Position numbers and translations under genes: made by a program
DNA from: Phycisphaerae bacterium
GTDB lineage: Bacteria; Planctomycetota; Phycisphaerae; UBA1845; PWPN01
Direction of reading: 5' to 3'
NCBI GenBank assembly: GCA_012719955.1
Contig: JAAXZI010000165.1
Coordinates: 8,611-72,610 of the forward strand
DNA length: 64,000 nucleotides
In this document: positions 9,276 to 18,650 of the stretch, in pieces
Position numbering within the stretch: position 1 is the stretch's first letter
How the letters are laid out: every line of letters starts with the position of its first letter
The notes under the pieces: model-generated
What the model was told of the DNA's origin: nothing
The model's input: only the letters and a program-made list of their open reading frames with translations
Databases searched by the model: none

Positions 9276-11261
9276 ATGACCGTTCAGTTTCGACTCACAA
9301 TCCGCTTCATCAGCGTCATCCTGCTGGCTGGGGTGGCCCTGTCGGCATTCACCGCCTACCACATTGCCAGGGTCCTGCTCGAGGAGGTCCAGGAACAGGT
9401 GAGTCGCGATCTGAACGCGGCCCGCGCGGTGTACGACAGCCAGACCGAGCAGATCGAGTTGTTTCTGAATACGGCGGCCCTGGATGCGACCCTGCCTGCC
9501 CTGCTGAACAATCCCCAGCAGGCCGAGGATCTGCTGAAGGCCCTGAGCGAGACCGGCCAGTTGGATCGGTTGTGTCTGCTGGACCTCGAGGGACGGGTGG
9601 TCGCCTGCGCGGCCAACGTGCGCATGGCCGGTCATGACCTGTCGAATGATCCGGTGGTCCGTCATACCTTCCGGCGGGGCAGGTCCGTGGCGGGCACGGT
9701 GCTGGTGCCCCGGCTCGAATCCGAGACCTCGCCCGAAGTGGACAGCGATCCGGAAGCGGACGTGCCCATCGCCCCCGACGGCATGTTTATCGCCCTGGCG
9801 GCCGCCACGCCCATCCGCGACGCGACCGGTGAAACGGTCGGCCTGATGTACGGGGCCCACATCCTCAACAATCGCAACAACCTGGTCGACGCTATCCGCG
9901 CGGAAGTCTTCCGCTACCGATCCTGGAAGGGCATCCACATAGGGACGGCTACGATTTTCCAGGGCCCCATACGCGTGGCCACCAACCTGCGCAACGATGA
10001 CGGAAGCCGGGCCATCGGCACGACCCTGGACGACGACGAAGTCTACCGCGCGGTGCTGATCAAAGGCGATCGCTTTGATGGCATCGCCTACGTGGTCAAC
10101 GACTGGTATTTCACCTCGTACGAACCTCTGCGCGATCCCGACGACCGTATCATCGGAGCCCTCTACGTGGGCGTATTACGAGCGCCCTTCATGGAAACAC
10201 GGAATACGGCCATCGGCGTTTTCCTGGCCATTGTCACCGGCGTGGTGGTCCTGATCCTGGTGCTGCTGATCGCCGCCACCCGGCAGGTGCTGCACCCCAT
10301 TGAGCGGATCGTGGAAATGACCGGGCGGGTGGCCGGCGGCGATCTCACCGCCCGGGTGGGTATCCGGCCGTCCGGGGAAATGGGCCGGCTGTGCCGGGCG
10401 GTCGACGCCATGGCCGACGCGGTGGCCGAGCGCGAGGAACAGCTTGAACTGGCCACCCGCCGGCAGATTACGCAAAGCGAGAAACTGGCCTCCATCGGGC
10501 GGTTGGCGGCCGGCATCGCCCATGAAATCAATAACCCGCTGACCGGCGTGCTCACCTTCACCAGCCTGCTGCGCAGCAAGCCCAATCTCGACGAACAGGA
10601 TCGTGCCGACCTGGACCTGGTCATCCGCGAGACCACCCGGGTCCGCAACATCGTCCGCGGCCTGCTGGATTTCGCCCGCGAATCACACAGCCGGAAAGAG
10701 GCGCTCAACATCAATGAGGTGGTCCACCAAGCCACCTGGCTGCTGCACAACCAGAAGGAGTTCTGCGAGATCTCCATGCACGAGCAGTTGGCCGAAGACC
10801 TCCCGTTGGTGTACGGCGACCGCAACCAGCTCCAACAGGTGGTGCTGAACCTGGCGTTGAACGCATGCGAGGCCATGCCTGACGGCGGCACGCTGACCAT
10901 TATCAGCCGGGCGGAGGGAGAAGAAGTCGTACTCAGCATCCAGGATACCGGGCACGGCATCCCGCGCGAGGATCTCGAAAAGATCTTCGAGCCCTTCTAT
11001 ACCACCAAGCCGGTGGGCAAGGGCACCGGCTTGGGCCTGAGTGTGACCTACGGGATTCTCCAGCAGCACGGCGCCACCCTGGGGGTCAAGAGCGAGATCG
11101 GCAAAGGGTCCACGTTCACGGTCCGCCTGCCGATCGCTGCGCCCGCCGGCCCGGCCTCCCCGGCTTCGGCGGACACGCCGGCTTCCGCGACTCCGGCGGA
11201 CACGCCGCCCCCCGCTGCTTCGTCGGATGCGCCGCCCCCCGGATCCGCGGGAGCGACCTGA
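9276..11261 (+). CDS. sensor histidine kinase (periplasmic Cache-like domain, HAMP, HisKA, HATPase) with a Pro/Ala-rich tail
   Basis: Two transmembrane segments flank a ~300-aa sensor domain. H-box GIAHEINNPLTGV, N-box NLALNACEAM, G-boxes DTGHGIP and GTGLGLSV. Confidence 0.9.
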   Translation: MTVQFRLTIRFISVILLAGVALSAFTAYHIARVLLEEVQEQVSRDLNAARAVYDSQTEQIELFLNTAALDATLPALLNNPQQAEDLLKALSETGQLDRLCLLDLEGRVVACAANVRMAGHDLSNDPVVRHTFRRGRSVAGTVLVPRLESETSPEVDSDPEADVPIAPDGMFIALAAATPIRDATGETVGLMYGAHILNNRNNLVDAIRAEVFRYRSWKGIHIGTATIFQGPIRVATNLRNDDGSRAIGTTLDDDEVYRAVLIKGDRFDGIAYVVNDWYFTSYEPLRDPDDRIIGALYVGVLRAPFMETRNTAIGVFLAIVTGVVVLILVLLIAATRQVLHPIERIVEMTGRVAGGDLTARVGIRPSGEMGRLCRAVDAMADAVAEREEQLELATRRQITQSEKLASIGRLAAGIAHEINNPLTGVLTFTSLLRSKPNLDEQDRADLDLVIRETTRVRNIVRGLLDFARESHSRKEALNINEVVHQATWLLHNQKEFCEISMHEQLAEDLPLVYGDRNQLQQVVLNLALNACEAMPDGGTLTIISRAEGEEVVLSIQDTGHGIPREDLEKIFEPFYTTKPVGKGTGLGLSVTYGILQQHGATLGVKSEIGKGSTFTVRLPIAAPAGPASPASADTPASATPADTPPPAASSDAPPPGSAGAT

Positions 11262-11418
11262 CATGAAGGGAGCGGGCAGGCGCTGATGAACGGCCAGGGC
11301 CTCTTCCGGCTTGACAGTTCCGCGATCCACCGCGAAAACGACCGGAACCCGCCCGACCAGCACAGAAGAACGAAACTTTCCCACGGGAAAGGCACTAAAC
11401 TTAATAGAGGCTCATACC

Positions 11419-11808
11419 ATGAAACCTGAGACAGCACCCAAGAAAATCCTTGTTGTGGACGATGAGGCCGTTGTCTGTGAAAGCTGCCGGCGCATCCTGA
11501 TCCGCGAGGGATACGTCGTCGATACGTGTTCTGACTCGCGAACGGGGCTGCGTCTGGCCGAACTGAATCACTATGACGCCATCCTGCTGGATCTGCGTAT
11601 GCCGATCGTGGACGGCGTGCGCTTCCTGGAGCGGCTGCGGGAGGTGCGGCCCAACGCGTCGGTGGTCATCATCACCGGCCACGCTTCGGCCGAGTCGAAC
11701 CGGGCCTTTGAGCGGCTGGGCATCTGCGAATTAATCGCCAAGCCCTTTACCCCCGAGGAAGTGGCCGGCGCGGTGCAACGGGCACTGAAGGCCAAGGACG
11801 AGTCGTAA
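11419..11808 (+). CDS. single-domain response regulator (CheY-like receiver)
   Basis: KILVVDDE ... DAILLDLRMP ... ITGH ... KPF receiver signature. The ATG at 11419 fits the family N-terminus. Confidence 0.88.
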   Translation: MKPETAPKKILVVDDEAVVCESCRRILIREGYVVDTCSDSRTGLRLAELNHYDAILLDLRMPIVDGVRFLERLREVRPNASVVIITGHASAESNRAFERLGICELIAKPFTPEEVAGAVQRALKAKDES

Positions 11809-11833
11809 GCGATCAAAAGGAGTTGAAAACGTC

Positions 11834-13180
11834 GTGCGCAATCCGCTGTTTGCAACCGTGACCATTGCCGCCCTGTTCCCCGCCCTCGCGTGGGGTCAGG
11901 CGCCGTCCGCTGGCGCCCCCGAGACACAACCGGCCGCCCGCACCCCGGGGAACAAACCCGAACGCATCGCCTGGTTTCAGACGCTCGGCCTGGGCATGTT
12001 TATCCACTGGAGCCTGGATTCGCAGCTCGGCGTCGTCATCAGTCACTCGATGGCCGCGGCCTCGCCTGATTATCTTGAACGCTTCATCACCGAACTGCCC
12101 CGCTCCTTCAATCCGCGGCGCTTCGAGCCGGACCGCTGGGCGGAACTGGCCCGGCTGGCCGGCATGAAGTACGTCGTGTTTACGGCCAAGCACCACAGCG
12201 GCTTCTGCATGTTCGACACGAAAACCACCGATTTCTCGGTCATGCACACCCCCTACGGGCAGGACATCACCCGGCAGGTGCTGGAGGCCTTTCGTCGCCA
12301 AGGGCTGGCCATCGGGTTGTATTTTTCGCCGGATGATTTCTGGCTGCTCTACCGGCAGGGCCACGAGATCACCCGTCGCCGTCCGGAGGCCTACCCGGTC
12401 AACAATCCGCAACTCATGGCCCACGACAAGGCCCAGCTTCGCGAACTGCTCACCAATTACGGGCCAATTGACTTGCTGTTCATTGACGGCCCGGCCGAGG
12501 AGCTGCGCGAGCTCTGCTGGGAGCTGCAGCCGGACATCGTGGTTACGCGGGGGGCCATGGAGACGCCGGAGCAGGAGCTGCCCGGTGAGCCGCTGCGCGG
12601 CCCGTGGGAGGCCTGCTGGACCATGGGCGAGGCCTGGCAGTACCAGCCCACCAACGAGCGCTACAAGAGCGGCACCTCCCTGATCAACACGTTCATCGAG
12701 ACCCGGGCCCGGGGCGGCAACCTGCTGCTCAACGTCGGCCCCCACCCGGACGGGTTCATCCCTCCCGAACAGGAAGGCCGGCTCCGCGAACTGGCCATGT
12801 GGAATTTCATCAACCGTGACGCGGTATTCGGCATCCGGCCCTGGCATGTGACCAACGAGGGCCCGATCTGGTTCACCCGCGCCGCAGACGCCGACACGGT
12901 GTACGCGATCGTCACCGGTCAGCCCTGGCCACACGGCCAGTGGCAGACGGTTACGCTCAAGAGCGTCCGGGCCACGCCGGCCAGCGAGATCGAGATTCTC
13001 GGTCAGTCCGGCAAGGTCATGGAGTACAAGCCGGACGTGGTGCCCAAGGCTACCTGGACCCAGGACGACGCCGGCCTGCACATCAAGGCCATGCGGGCGC
13101 AGCGCATCTATGACGACTACAAGTGGCCCAATCCGATCGTGATCCGGATCACGCACGCCCGCGGGGTGAACGACGAATAA
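11834..13180 (+). CDS. alpha-L-fucosidase (GH29), secreted
   Basis: Signal peptide TVTIAALFPALAWGQA. GH29 blocks GMFIHWSL and KYVVFTAKHHSGFCMFDT. GTG start. Confidence 0.88.
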   Translation: MRNPLFATVTIAALFPALAWGQAPSAGAPETQPAARTPGNKPERIAWFQTLGLGMFIHWSLDSQLGVVISHSMAAASPDYLERFITELPRSFNPRRFEPDRWAELARLAGMKYVVFTAKHHSGFCMFDTKTTDFSVMHTPYGQDITRQVLEAFRRQGLAIGLYFSPDDFWLLYRQGHEITRRRPEAYPVNNPQLMAHDKAQLRELLTNYGPIDLLFIDGPAEELRELCWELQPDIVVTRGAMETPEQELPGEPLRGPWEACWTMGEAWQYQPTNERYKSGTSLINTFIETRARGGNLLLNVGPHPDGFIPPEQEGRLRELAMWNFINRDAVFGIRPWHVTNEGPIWFTRAADADTVYAIVTGQPWPHGQWQTVTLKSVRATPASEIEILGQSGKVMEYKPDVVPKATWTQDDAGLHIKAMRAQRIYDDYKWPNPIVIRITHARGVNDE

Positions 13181-13239
13181 CGAAATCCGAAAGTCAGGCA
13201 ACCACGGGCGGTCCGTTGCCTGTCATCCCGGATGGCTCA

Positions 13240-14640
13240 TTACTCATGCTCTGCGCTGGCAACAGGGAAAGCCTGGGCGGAAGGATAGGCCCTGGGCTCC
13301 CCGGCATCCTGATTCAGATCTCCTTCCCAGAGGTATTTGCGGGTTTCGGCCACGACCACCCCGCTCAGCAGCAGCAGTGAGATCAGGTTGGGAACGGCCA
13401 TGAGCGCATTGGCGATGTCGGCGAAGTCCCAGACGGCCTGGAGTTTGGACACCGAGCCGACCATGATGGCAGAGACCCACAAGATGCGGTAGGGAAGGAC
13501 GGAATAAGTGCCGAAGAGATACTCACAGGCCTTCTCGCCGTAGTATGACCAGCCCAGGATGGTGGAGAACACAAAGGTCAGCAGGCCGACGCTCAGGATC
13601 GCCGGTCCGACCCCCTTGAAGGCGGAGAAGGCCGCGTAGGTCAGCTCCGCCCCCTTGAGCCCCTCCTCCCACTTGCCCGAGTTGACCACCACCAGTCCGG
13701 TCATCAGGCAGATCACCACCGTGTCCCAGAAGGTGCCGGACGAGGAGACCAGGGCCTGCCGGACGGGGTTCTTGGTCTGGGCGGCGGCGGCGACGATCGG
13801 TGCGCTGCCCAGGCCCGACTCATTGGAGAAGAGCCCGCGGGCCATGCCATAACGAATGGCCTCCTTCATGCCCGCCCCCAGGAAGCCTCCTGCCGCCGCC
13901 TGGCCGGTGAATGCCGTCCGCAGGATCAGGGCGATCGTATCGTCCAGCGTCGAGTAGTGCATGATCAGCAGGACCAGGCAGCCAAACACGTAAAAGAGGG
14001 CCATGAACGGAACCAGCAACTCGCACACCCGGGCAATCCAGCGGACCCCGCCCAGGATGACGAAGGCGGTTAACGCGCTCAGGCATAGCCCGCTCACCCA
14101 GGGCCGGAGGTTGACGCTTTCGTTCAGCATCGAGGAGATCGAATTGGCCTGGACCATGTTGCCGATGCCGAACGCGGCAATAGCCGTCAGGGCGGCAAAG
14201 ATCACGCCCAGCCACTTCAATCCGAGCCCGCGTTCCAAGGCGCACATGGGACCACCGGCCACCTGGCCATCCGGGCGGACCACGCGATACTTGACGGCCA
14301 GTACCGCCTCTGCGTATTTCGTGGAGATGCCGAATACGCCCGTAAGCCACATCCACAGCACGGCTCCCGGGCCGCCGAAGCCCACCGCCGTGGCCACCCC
14401 CACCAGGTTGCCCGTCCCCACGGTGGCGGCCAGCGCGGTCATCAGCGCCCCGAACTGGCTGATCTCGCCGGCGCCCTCGCGTTTACGCTGGAAAGACAGC
14501 CGGATGGCCTTGAGCGTGTAGCGCTGGATGAGCCGCAGACGGATGGTCAGGAACATGTGGGTGCCGAACAGCAGCACCAGCATCCACGGACCCCAGACCC
14601 AACCGGCGGCGTCAGAGAGAAATTGTTCGATGACTTTCAC
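13240..14640 (-). CDS. alanine/glycine:cation symporter (AGCS family)
   Basis: GEISQFGALMTALAATVGTGNLVGVATAV signature and a multi-TM profile typical of sodium:alanine symporters. Confidence 0.9.
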   Translation of the reverse strand: MKVIEQFLSDAAGWVWGPWMLVLLFGTHMFLTIRLRLIQRYTLKAIRLSFQRKREGAGEISQFGALMTALAATVGTGNLVGVATAVGFGGPGAVLWMWLTGVFGISTKYAEAVLAVKYRVVRPDGQVAGGPMCALERGLGLKWLGVIFAALTAIAAFGIGNMVQANSISSMLNESVNLRPWVSGLCLSALTAFVILGGVRWIARVCELLVPFMALFYVFGCLVLLIMHYSTLDDTIALILRTAFTGQAAAGGFLGAGMKEAIRYGMARGLFSNESGLGSAPIVAAAAQTKNPVRQALVSSSGTFWDTVVICLMTGLVVVNSGKWEEGLKGAELTYAAFSAFKGVGPAILSVGLLTFVFSTILGWSYYGEKACEYLFGTYSVLPYRILWVSAIMVGSVSKLQAVWDFADIANALMAVPNLISLLLLSGVVVAETRKYLWEGDLNQDAGEPRAYPSAQAFPVASAEHE

Positions 14641-14845
14641 GAGACGGGAGCTCCTGATCGACGTAACGGCCCTCCGCCGCCGGCGCGGCGGGTATCGACG
14701 GCGGAAAGCTTAACACAAGAGAACCCTGGAGGCGAGGGGCGGGACGGCCCGGTTGCGCAGCCCCGCCGATACCCGGGGTCATAGCAGTCCATGGGACCGT
14801 GAAGACCGCGTTCAACCACTTCGTCATGGGCCCTTCGGGCTCGAT

Positions 14846-17527
14846 CTAGGGCAACCGTCGCAGACGGATGTTCCGCAGCTCCCCCGTCGTCTCCCAGGTC
14901 GAGAACCCGAACGGCCGGCACGGCTCCTGCTCATACCAGACGGAGAATTTGCGCTGGCCCCGTTCAAGATTGACGTAAGGCTGGTCGTCAATCCAGACCT
15001 CGATCTTCTCCGGCACTACCCGCAGGCGGATGGAGTACCACTGTCCGTTTTCGAAGCGCTTGCCCTGGGTGGTTTCGTTCTCGACTGCGCTGTTGCCATC
15101 CACGTTGGAGAGGCCCACCACGCTGCCGCCCCACCCGCCGAGGATCAGCGTGCAGAATTCGTCGGCCACCGGGAAGGTCATCCCGCAGAAAAAGTCATCG
15201 CCCTCGACCCGCCGGGCTTCGAACAAGACCTCGTAGTTGTCCTTCGGAAACCGGCCGGCATAAACCACGCCGGTCTGCTGGTGGCCCCTGGAGAGCACTA
15301 GCGCGCCGTCCCGCACCATGACCGGGCCGTGATCGGCGTACACCCCCTCGGTCAACATCTTCCAGCCGTCCAGCGACTTGCCGTCGAACAGGCGCGTCTC
15401 ACCGGCAGCGGCCTGCTCGTTGCGGGCCGGTCGCCCGCCCTCCCGGGCCTGGCCGGCGCTGCGCGTGATCTCCTCGACGAGCGGCCCGGCGTCGTAGATC
15501 TTGTCCAGCGCCTCCAGGATGGCCCGCGCATCCACCGCGACGGCCCGGGCCGGGTCGTCGTCATAAGCAAAATCCAGCACCAGCGAATGGATGTTCCCGT
15601 CAAAGATCACACCGGAGAGCTTGCCCTCCCGATTGACCACCGGCGAGCCGGAATTCCCGCCGATGATGTCCGCGGTGAGCACGAAGTTGAGCGGGGTATC
15701 GAGGTTGAGCCGCTCGCGACGCTCCAGCCAGCGCTGGGGCAGTTCGAAGGGCTCCACGCCGCCGCGCTCGGCGGAACGCTTGTATATCCCCTCGATGGTG
15801 GTAAACGGCGGGATACGCCGGCCGTCCTCCTCGTAGCCCCGGATCGGGCCGAACGCCAGGCGAAGGGTGCCGGTCGCGTCGGGATAGGTGCTCTCTCCGA
15901 ACAGGTCGAAACGCAGGGCGGCGATCCGGGCGTACGCCTGCCGCTCCACGCCTTCCACCTCATCCTCGAAGCGTCGGCGCAGTGACCGGGCCTCCGGGTC
16001 CAACTGGATCGCCAGCCGGATCATGGGATCGTTCGAGGCCGCGATGGCCTCCCGGCCGCCGGCCGCGATCTTTTTGCGGGTTTCGATGTCCTTGAGCGTG
16101 CAGCCGCGGACCAGCTCCACAGCCAGCTTTTGCGGGTCCTTGCCGGCGAAGACCTCCTTGACCAGCGGATCGTCGGCCCCCAGCGCTTCGGCCAGCACCG
16201 AGAGACTGCTCTGCATCCGCTCGATTTCGAACTCCTCGTAAATGGGCGCGTTGGAGTACAACTGCAGGTACACGGAATCGAGCTCCGAATCGCGATACTC
16301 ACGCAGCCGTTCCGGGGAGGGCTTGGGCAGCTCATCGGCCAGACGCACCAGCGTCCGGGCGATCCGGAACAGCTCCGAGCCGAACGGCCAGCCCTCGCGC
16401 AACACCCGATAGCGCGGGTAGAAGGTGCGGAAATTCCGGTAGGCCGCGGCGATCTGGGACCAGGGATCCGCCTGCTCGCCCTCGCCGGCCGGACGGGTGG
16501 CGGCATATTGGCGCAACTGGGCCTCCATCTTTCGCTTGGCCTGCATGATCTCCGGATCCAGCAGACCCGCATAGCCACCGGTGCGGGCCTTCCGCGAATT
16601 CTGCACGCTGAAGTATTCCGTCTGGGCCATTCGGCGCTGCTCGGGGCCCTCGTTGCAGAAGTTGGCCAGCTTCACCTCGTCGCGCCACAGGTAGTGCAAC
16701 AGGGAAGGGAAGGCCACGTCGCGCAAGAATTCGAGATGTTCCACGGTGAACAGCCGGCTCGTCCGTCCGGGGTGGCCCACGACGAACATCAGCTCGTTGT
16801 CCCGGCCTCCTTCCAGGTTCCAGCGGAGGTAGTGCTCGTTCTGAAGCGGGCGGCCGTTCTCGTAGATGCGGAAGAAACAGAAATCGAAGTCGTAACGGGG
16901 ATACTCGAAGTTATCGATGTCGCCGCCGAAAAAGGCGACCGCCTTCTCCGGGGCCATTACCAGGCGGACGTCGTCGTAGCGTTGGTAACGGTACAGGTGA
17001 TAGCGGGCCCCGTGATAGAGCGTGACCACTTCACTATCCAGGCCGGTGGCCTTTTTCGACTCGCTCTCCAGCCGAGCCATTTCCTGCCGGCGGGCCTCAT
17101 AGGCCTGGGCCGGCGTCTGGCCGGGCTTGACCGCAGCATTGACCCGCGCGGTCACATCCTCGATGGACCAGAGGATCTGCACCTCAAGGTCCGGGCACTT
17201 GAGCTCCTCTTCGCGCGTGCGGGCGTAAAAGCCCGTGGTCAGCAGGTCGCGCTCCGGCGTGCTGAGCTTCTGGAGCTGGTCCACGCCCACGTGGTGGTTG
17301 GTCAGGATGAGCCCTTCCGGCGAGACCAGTGAGCCGGAGGCGCGAATGCGTACGGCCGACTTCTGCAGATGCTCCAGCCACTCGGGCGAAGGCTCAAACC
17401 CGTATTTCTGCCGCAGCAACTCCCGTGGCGGGTTGTTGAGCAGCCACATGCCCTCATCGGCACGACAGGGCTGGCAGGCGACCACAACGACCCACAGGCC
17501 GATCACCGATGGCAAGCTGATGCGCAT
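14846..17527 (-). CDS. S46-family dipeptidyl-peptidase fused to a C-terminal DUF1080 (3-keto-disaccharide-hydrolase-like) domain
   Basis: ADEGMW after the signal peptide, GSLVSPEGLILTNHHV (His) and IIGGNSGSPVVN (Ser) define S46. The last ~200 aa (RLFDGKSLDGWK...GELRNIRLRRL) match the DUF1080 pattern. ATG at 17527 gives a signal peptide. Confidence 0.85.
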   Translation of the reverse strand: MRISLPSVIGLWVVVVACQPCRADEGMWLLNNPPRELLRQKYGFEPSPEWLEHLQKSAVRIRASGSLVSPEGLILTNHHVGVDQLQKLSTPERDLLTTGFYARTREEELKCPDLEVQILWSIEDVTARVNAAVKPGQTPAQAYEARRQEMARLESESKKATGLDSEVVTLYHGARYHLYRYQRYDDVRLVMAPEKAVAFFGGDIDNFEYPRYDFDFCFFRIYENGRPLQNEHYLRWNLEGGRDNELMFVVGHPGRTSRLFTVEHLEFLRDVAFPSLLHYLWRDEVKLANFCNEGPEQRRMAQTEYFSVQNSRKARTGGYAGLLDPEIMQAKRKMEAQLRQYAATRPAGEGEQADPWSQIAAAYRNFRTFYPRYRVLREGWPFGSELFRIARTLVRLADELPKPSPERLREYRDSELDSVYLQLYSNAPIYEEFEIERMQSSLSVLAEALGADDPLVKEVFAGKDPQKLAVELVRGCTLKDIETRKKIAAGGREAIAASNDPMIRLAIQLDPEARSLRRRFEDEVEGVERQAYARIAALRFDLFGESTYPDATGTLRLAFGPIRGYEEDGRRIPPFTTIEGIYKRSAERGGVEPFELPQRWLERRERLNLDTPLNFVLTADIIGGNSGSPVVNREGKLSGVIFDGNIHSLVLDFAYDDDPARAVAVDARAILEALDKIYDAGPLVEEITRSAGQAREGGRPARNEQAAAGETRLFDGKSLDGWKMLTEGVYADHGPVMVRDGALVLSRGHQQTGVVYAGRFPKDNYEVLFEARRVEGDDFFCGMTFPVADEFCTLILGGWGGSVVGLSNVDGNSAVENETTQGKRFENGQWYSIRLRVVPEKIEVWIDDQPYVNLERGQRKFSVWYEQEPCRPFGFSTWETTGELRNIRLRRLP

Positions 17528-17846
17528 GAGAATTCTCCATGAACCTGAAAAGGCCACATTATGTTGGCAGGCGCGAGGATTGAAAAGCGCGGCCCCCATA
17601 CTCTGAAAGACGGCGGCGGGAACAGGTTCTCCTCACGCTTGATGACGTTTGATCCTCTAATCCGGCAATGGCGACAGAGGGCCGGGGGAACGCCTGCTCA
17701 TCCATTCCCGCCCGCGTCCCAGGCTCAGCGAATCCGTCGCAGAGCGATCACGAACGCAAAAAACGCCGCCCACTTAATTGGACAATGATATCCCCAGGAT
17801 GTAACAATCCATATGGGGATGCGCCACCTGGCGGGAGGCGCCGGCC

Positions 17847-18530
17847 ATGAAAACCCGGAACACTCTGCTCATCAGCTATGGCTATCTACTGCTTACGGCC
17901 TCCAGCGTGGGGCTCATGGGAGTGACCTGCGCCGAGTTGATCGCCGAGGGCCTCGTCAACAGCGCCATGCTGGGCAGCCAACGGCTTGACGGCGGCACTG
18001 TGGGCATCAGTTCGGTCGGCGGCGGCACGCTGGGCGCCAGCACGCTGGGCCCAGGCGTTCGCGGCGGCCTCATCAGTTCGGGCGTGGCAGGACCGAGCAC
18101 CCTGGGTACCGGTACGCTGGGTGTCGGTGTTCTGGATAGCAGCATCCTGGACCCCACGATTACCGGCCTGAACACAACATCGCTCACCAACACGTCGGGC
18201 CTGTCCGGCTCTGTGCTGACGCCAACCTCGGTGCTGACGCCAACCAGCGGGCTGGTACCGGGCAACGGATTCACCACCACCCCATTGACTACTACCAGCA
18301 GTGTTACAGGGGGTACCGGCGGCTTTACCACCTCCGGCGGCGGACTGAGCACGGCAGCGCTGAACTCTCTGTTTCCGCTCGGCATCGGCGCATCCAACGC
18401 CTTTGGCGGAAGCACCCTCGGTTCCACCAGCGGAAGCGTCGTAAATACCGGACTCACCGGTGTTGGCACCCTGGGCCTCAACTCAACGCTGAGATCGCCG
18501 GCCAGCCTGTCTCCCACAGTCCCCTTCTAA
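17847..18530 (+). CDS. secreted low-complexity Gly/Thr/Ser/Leu-rich protein (hypothetical)
   Basis: GGGAGG lies 12 nt upstream of the ATG. N-terminal hydrophobic signal-like segment. GC-rich third positions in this frame. Reiterated TLG/GxG units. Almost no charged residues after residue ~50. Confidence 0.55.
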   Translation: MKTRNTLLISYGYLLLTASSVGLMGVTCAELIAEGLVNSAMLGSQRLDGGTVGISSVGGGTLGASTLGPGVRGGLISSGVAGPSTLGTGTLGVGVLDSSILDPTITGLNTTSLTNTSGLSGSVLTPTSVLTPTSGLVPGNGFTTTPLTTTSSVTGGTGGFTTSGGGLSTAALNSLFPLGIGASNAFGGSTLGSTSGSVVNTGLTGVGTLGLNSTLRSPASLSPTVPF

Positions 18531-18590
18531 GCATCCGCCCTGCCTAAGCGTCCGCCTCATGAGCCGGCAACGAATCGCCCTCAAACCCTC

Positions 18591-18650
18591 TGTGTGCCAC
18601 GGCTCTTGAGCCGTGCAGGACGACCATCGGTGTGCCACGGCTTTGCGGGC
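18591..18650. repeat. REP-B copies 1 and 2 (TGTGCCACGGCTCTTGAGCCGTG; TGTGCCACGGCTTTGCGGGC)
   Basis: Hairpin CACGGCTC-TTGA-GCCGTG. The same motif occurs at 25901-25976. Confidence 0.75.

Noticed and set aside
7668-13201. Antisense ORFs 7668-9032 (454 aa) and 11813-13201 (462 aa)
   Set aside because: They lie opposite nagB and the GH29 fucosidase, both of which have clear catalytic motifs. Composition is that of non-coding high-GC frames.
17882-18517. 211-aa minus-strand ORF antisense to the low-complexity gene
   Set aside because: It has no RBS or signal. The plus frame has the GC-rich third positions, an RBS and a signal-like N-terminus. Either call remains unproven without homologues.
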